Origin: Mycolicibacterium smegmatis
Lineage (GTDB): Bacteria > Actinomycetota > Actinomycetes > Mycobacteriales > Mycobacteriaceae
NCBI RefSeq assembly: GCF_001457595.1
Contig: NZ_LN831039.1
Coordinates: 4,920,001 to 4,952,000, forward strand
DNA: 32,000 nucleotides
Direction: 5' to 3'
Below, in pieces: positions 31,543 through 32,000 of this stretch. Position numbers and translations under genes: made by a program. The notes under the pieces are model-generated. The model was given only the letters and a program-made list of their open reading frames with translations. It did no database searches and was not told where the DNA came from. The first letter of the stretch is position 1, and the number at the start of each line of letters is the position of its first letter.

Positions 31543-31673
31543 TGTGAGAGAGCAATGATGCCGAAAACGAGTCTGTCGTTGACACCGTGGGTACGCCGGT
31601 GACAGAGTGCTGAGCAGGTGCACAGTTTCGTCGATCGGCACCGGCATACCGAGCTACAGAACAGAGGTAACCA

Positions 31674-32000
31674 ATGTCTGGACGGGTGGAAGGCAAGGTC
31701 GCATTCGTCACCGGCGCGGCCCGCGGCCAGGGCCGTAGTCACGCACTGCGGTTGGCGCAGGAAGGCGCCGACATCATCGCCATCGACATCTGCGGCCCCA
31801 TTCGCCCCGGCGCCGAAACCGCCATCCCGGCATCGACATCCGATGACCTTGCCGAGACCGCGAACCTGGTGAAGGGACTCGACCGCCGCGTCGTCACCGC
31901 GGAGGTGGACGTGCGCGACGCCGCGGCCATCAAGGCCGCTGTCGACAGCGGTGTCGAGCAGCTCGGCAGGCTCGACATCATCGTCGCCAACGCCGGCATC
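31674..32000 (+). CDS. 5' part of a mycofactocin-coupled-type SDR oxidoreductase (carveol-dehydrogenase-like subfamily); runs off the window
   Basis: AGAGG lies upstream of the ATG. MSGRVEGKVAFVTGAARGQGRSHALRLAQEGADIIAIDICGPI...ANAGI is a signature I associate with that SDR subfamily. The frame is open to the window end, and it is not in the supplied ORF track because there is no stop. Confidence 0.82.
   Translation, partial: MSGRVEGKVAFVTGAARGQGRSHALRLAQEGADIIAIDICGPIRPGAETAIPASTSDDLAETANLVKGLDRRVVTAEVDVRDAAAIKAAVDSGVEQLGRLDIIVANAGI

Noticed and set aside
31303-31742. Minus-strand ORFs of 81-129 aa, and a 39-aa plus-strand ORF (31368-31487), in the long gap before the SDR
   Set aside because: Their codon usage is AT-rich and unlike all confident genes. 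There is no motif and no convincing RBS. One of them overlaps the well-supported SDR start.
1-32000. Search for mobile elements, CRISPR arrays, tRNA/rRNA genes, toxin-antitoxin or phage-defence modules
   Set aside because: No transposase, integrase or recombinase motifs were seen. There are no spaced direct-repeat arrays, no terminal inverted repeats flanking a block, and no tRNA-like cloverleaf candidates in the short gaps. The window reads as core-style metabolic DNA.

Overview
This is a GC-rich, almost gap-free coding window. It looks like a Mycobacteriaceae-type actinobacterial chromosome, inferred from third-position G/C bias, frequent GTG/TTG starts, and F420-type LLM and mycofactocin-type SDR families. 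I see no rRNA, tRNA, CRISPR array, transposase, integrase or phage gene. About 36 protein genes form roughly eight transcription blocks, many joined by 1-, 4-, 8- or 17-nt start/stop overlaps (ATGA, GTGA, TGATG).

The content is a redox and acyl-CoA catabolic island:
- three cytochrome P450s, three single-cluster ferredoxins and a NuoF-like fragment
- a DUF35/thiolase-like fusion, an alpha/beta hydrolase and two tandem beta-hydroxyacid-dehydrogenase-like genes
- an F420-type LLM oxidoreductase, DUF1330 and an EBP/EXPERA-like membrane protein
- an ACAD plus APH-kinase pair and an MDR reductase
- a six-gene beta-oxidation-like operon (amidohydrolase_2, ACAD, SDR, family III CoA-transferase, thiolase, ACAD)
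- a CMD / Rieske oxygenase / small unknown / amidohydrolase / SnoaL / alpha-beta ACAD operon
- a crotonase-fold protein, three TetR regulators and the 5' end of a mycofactocin-type SDR

The most interesting signals are:
1. A eukaryote-like EBP (sterol isomerase family) homologue sits opposite a P450-ferredoxin operon.
2. Two recurrent AT-rich operator-like dyads, GAGAA-N5-TTCTC (x5) and GTTAC-N16-GTAAC (x3), lie in front of most transcription units, which suggests one co-regulated system.
3. A translationally coupled ACAD/kinase pair has the architecture of split ACAD10/11 or LvaA/LvaC, the 4-hydroxyacyl-CoA phospho-elimination system.
4. Several enzymes have altered catalytic motifs: a thiolase-like domain without the Cys nucleophile, an amidohydrolase with ExN in place of HxH, a crotonase without either catalytic Glu, and a Rieske domain with an expanded ligand spacer.

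All domain calls come from by-eye motif recognition. No database search was run.
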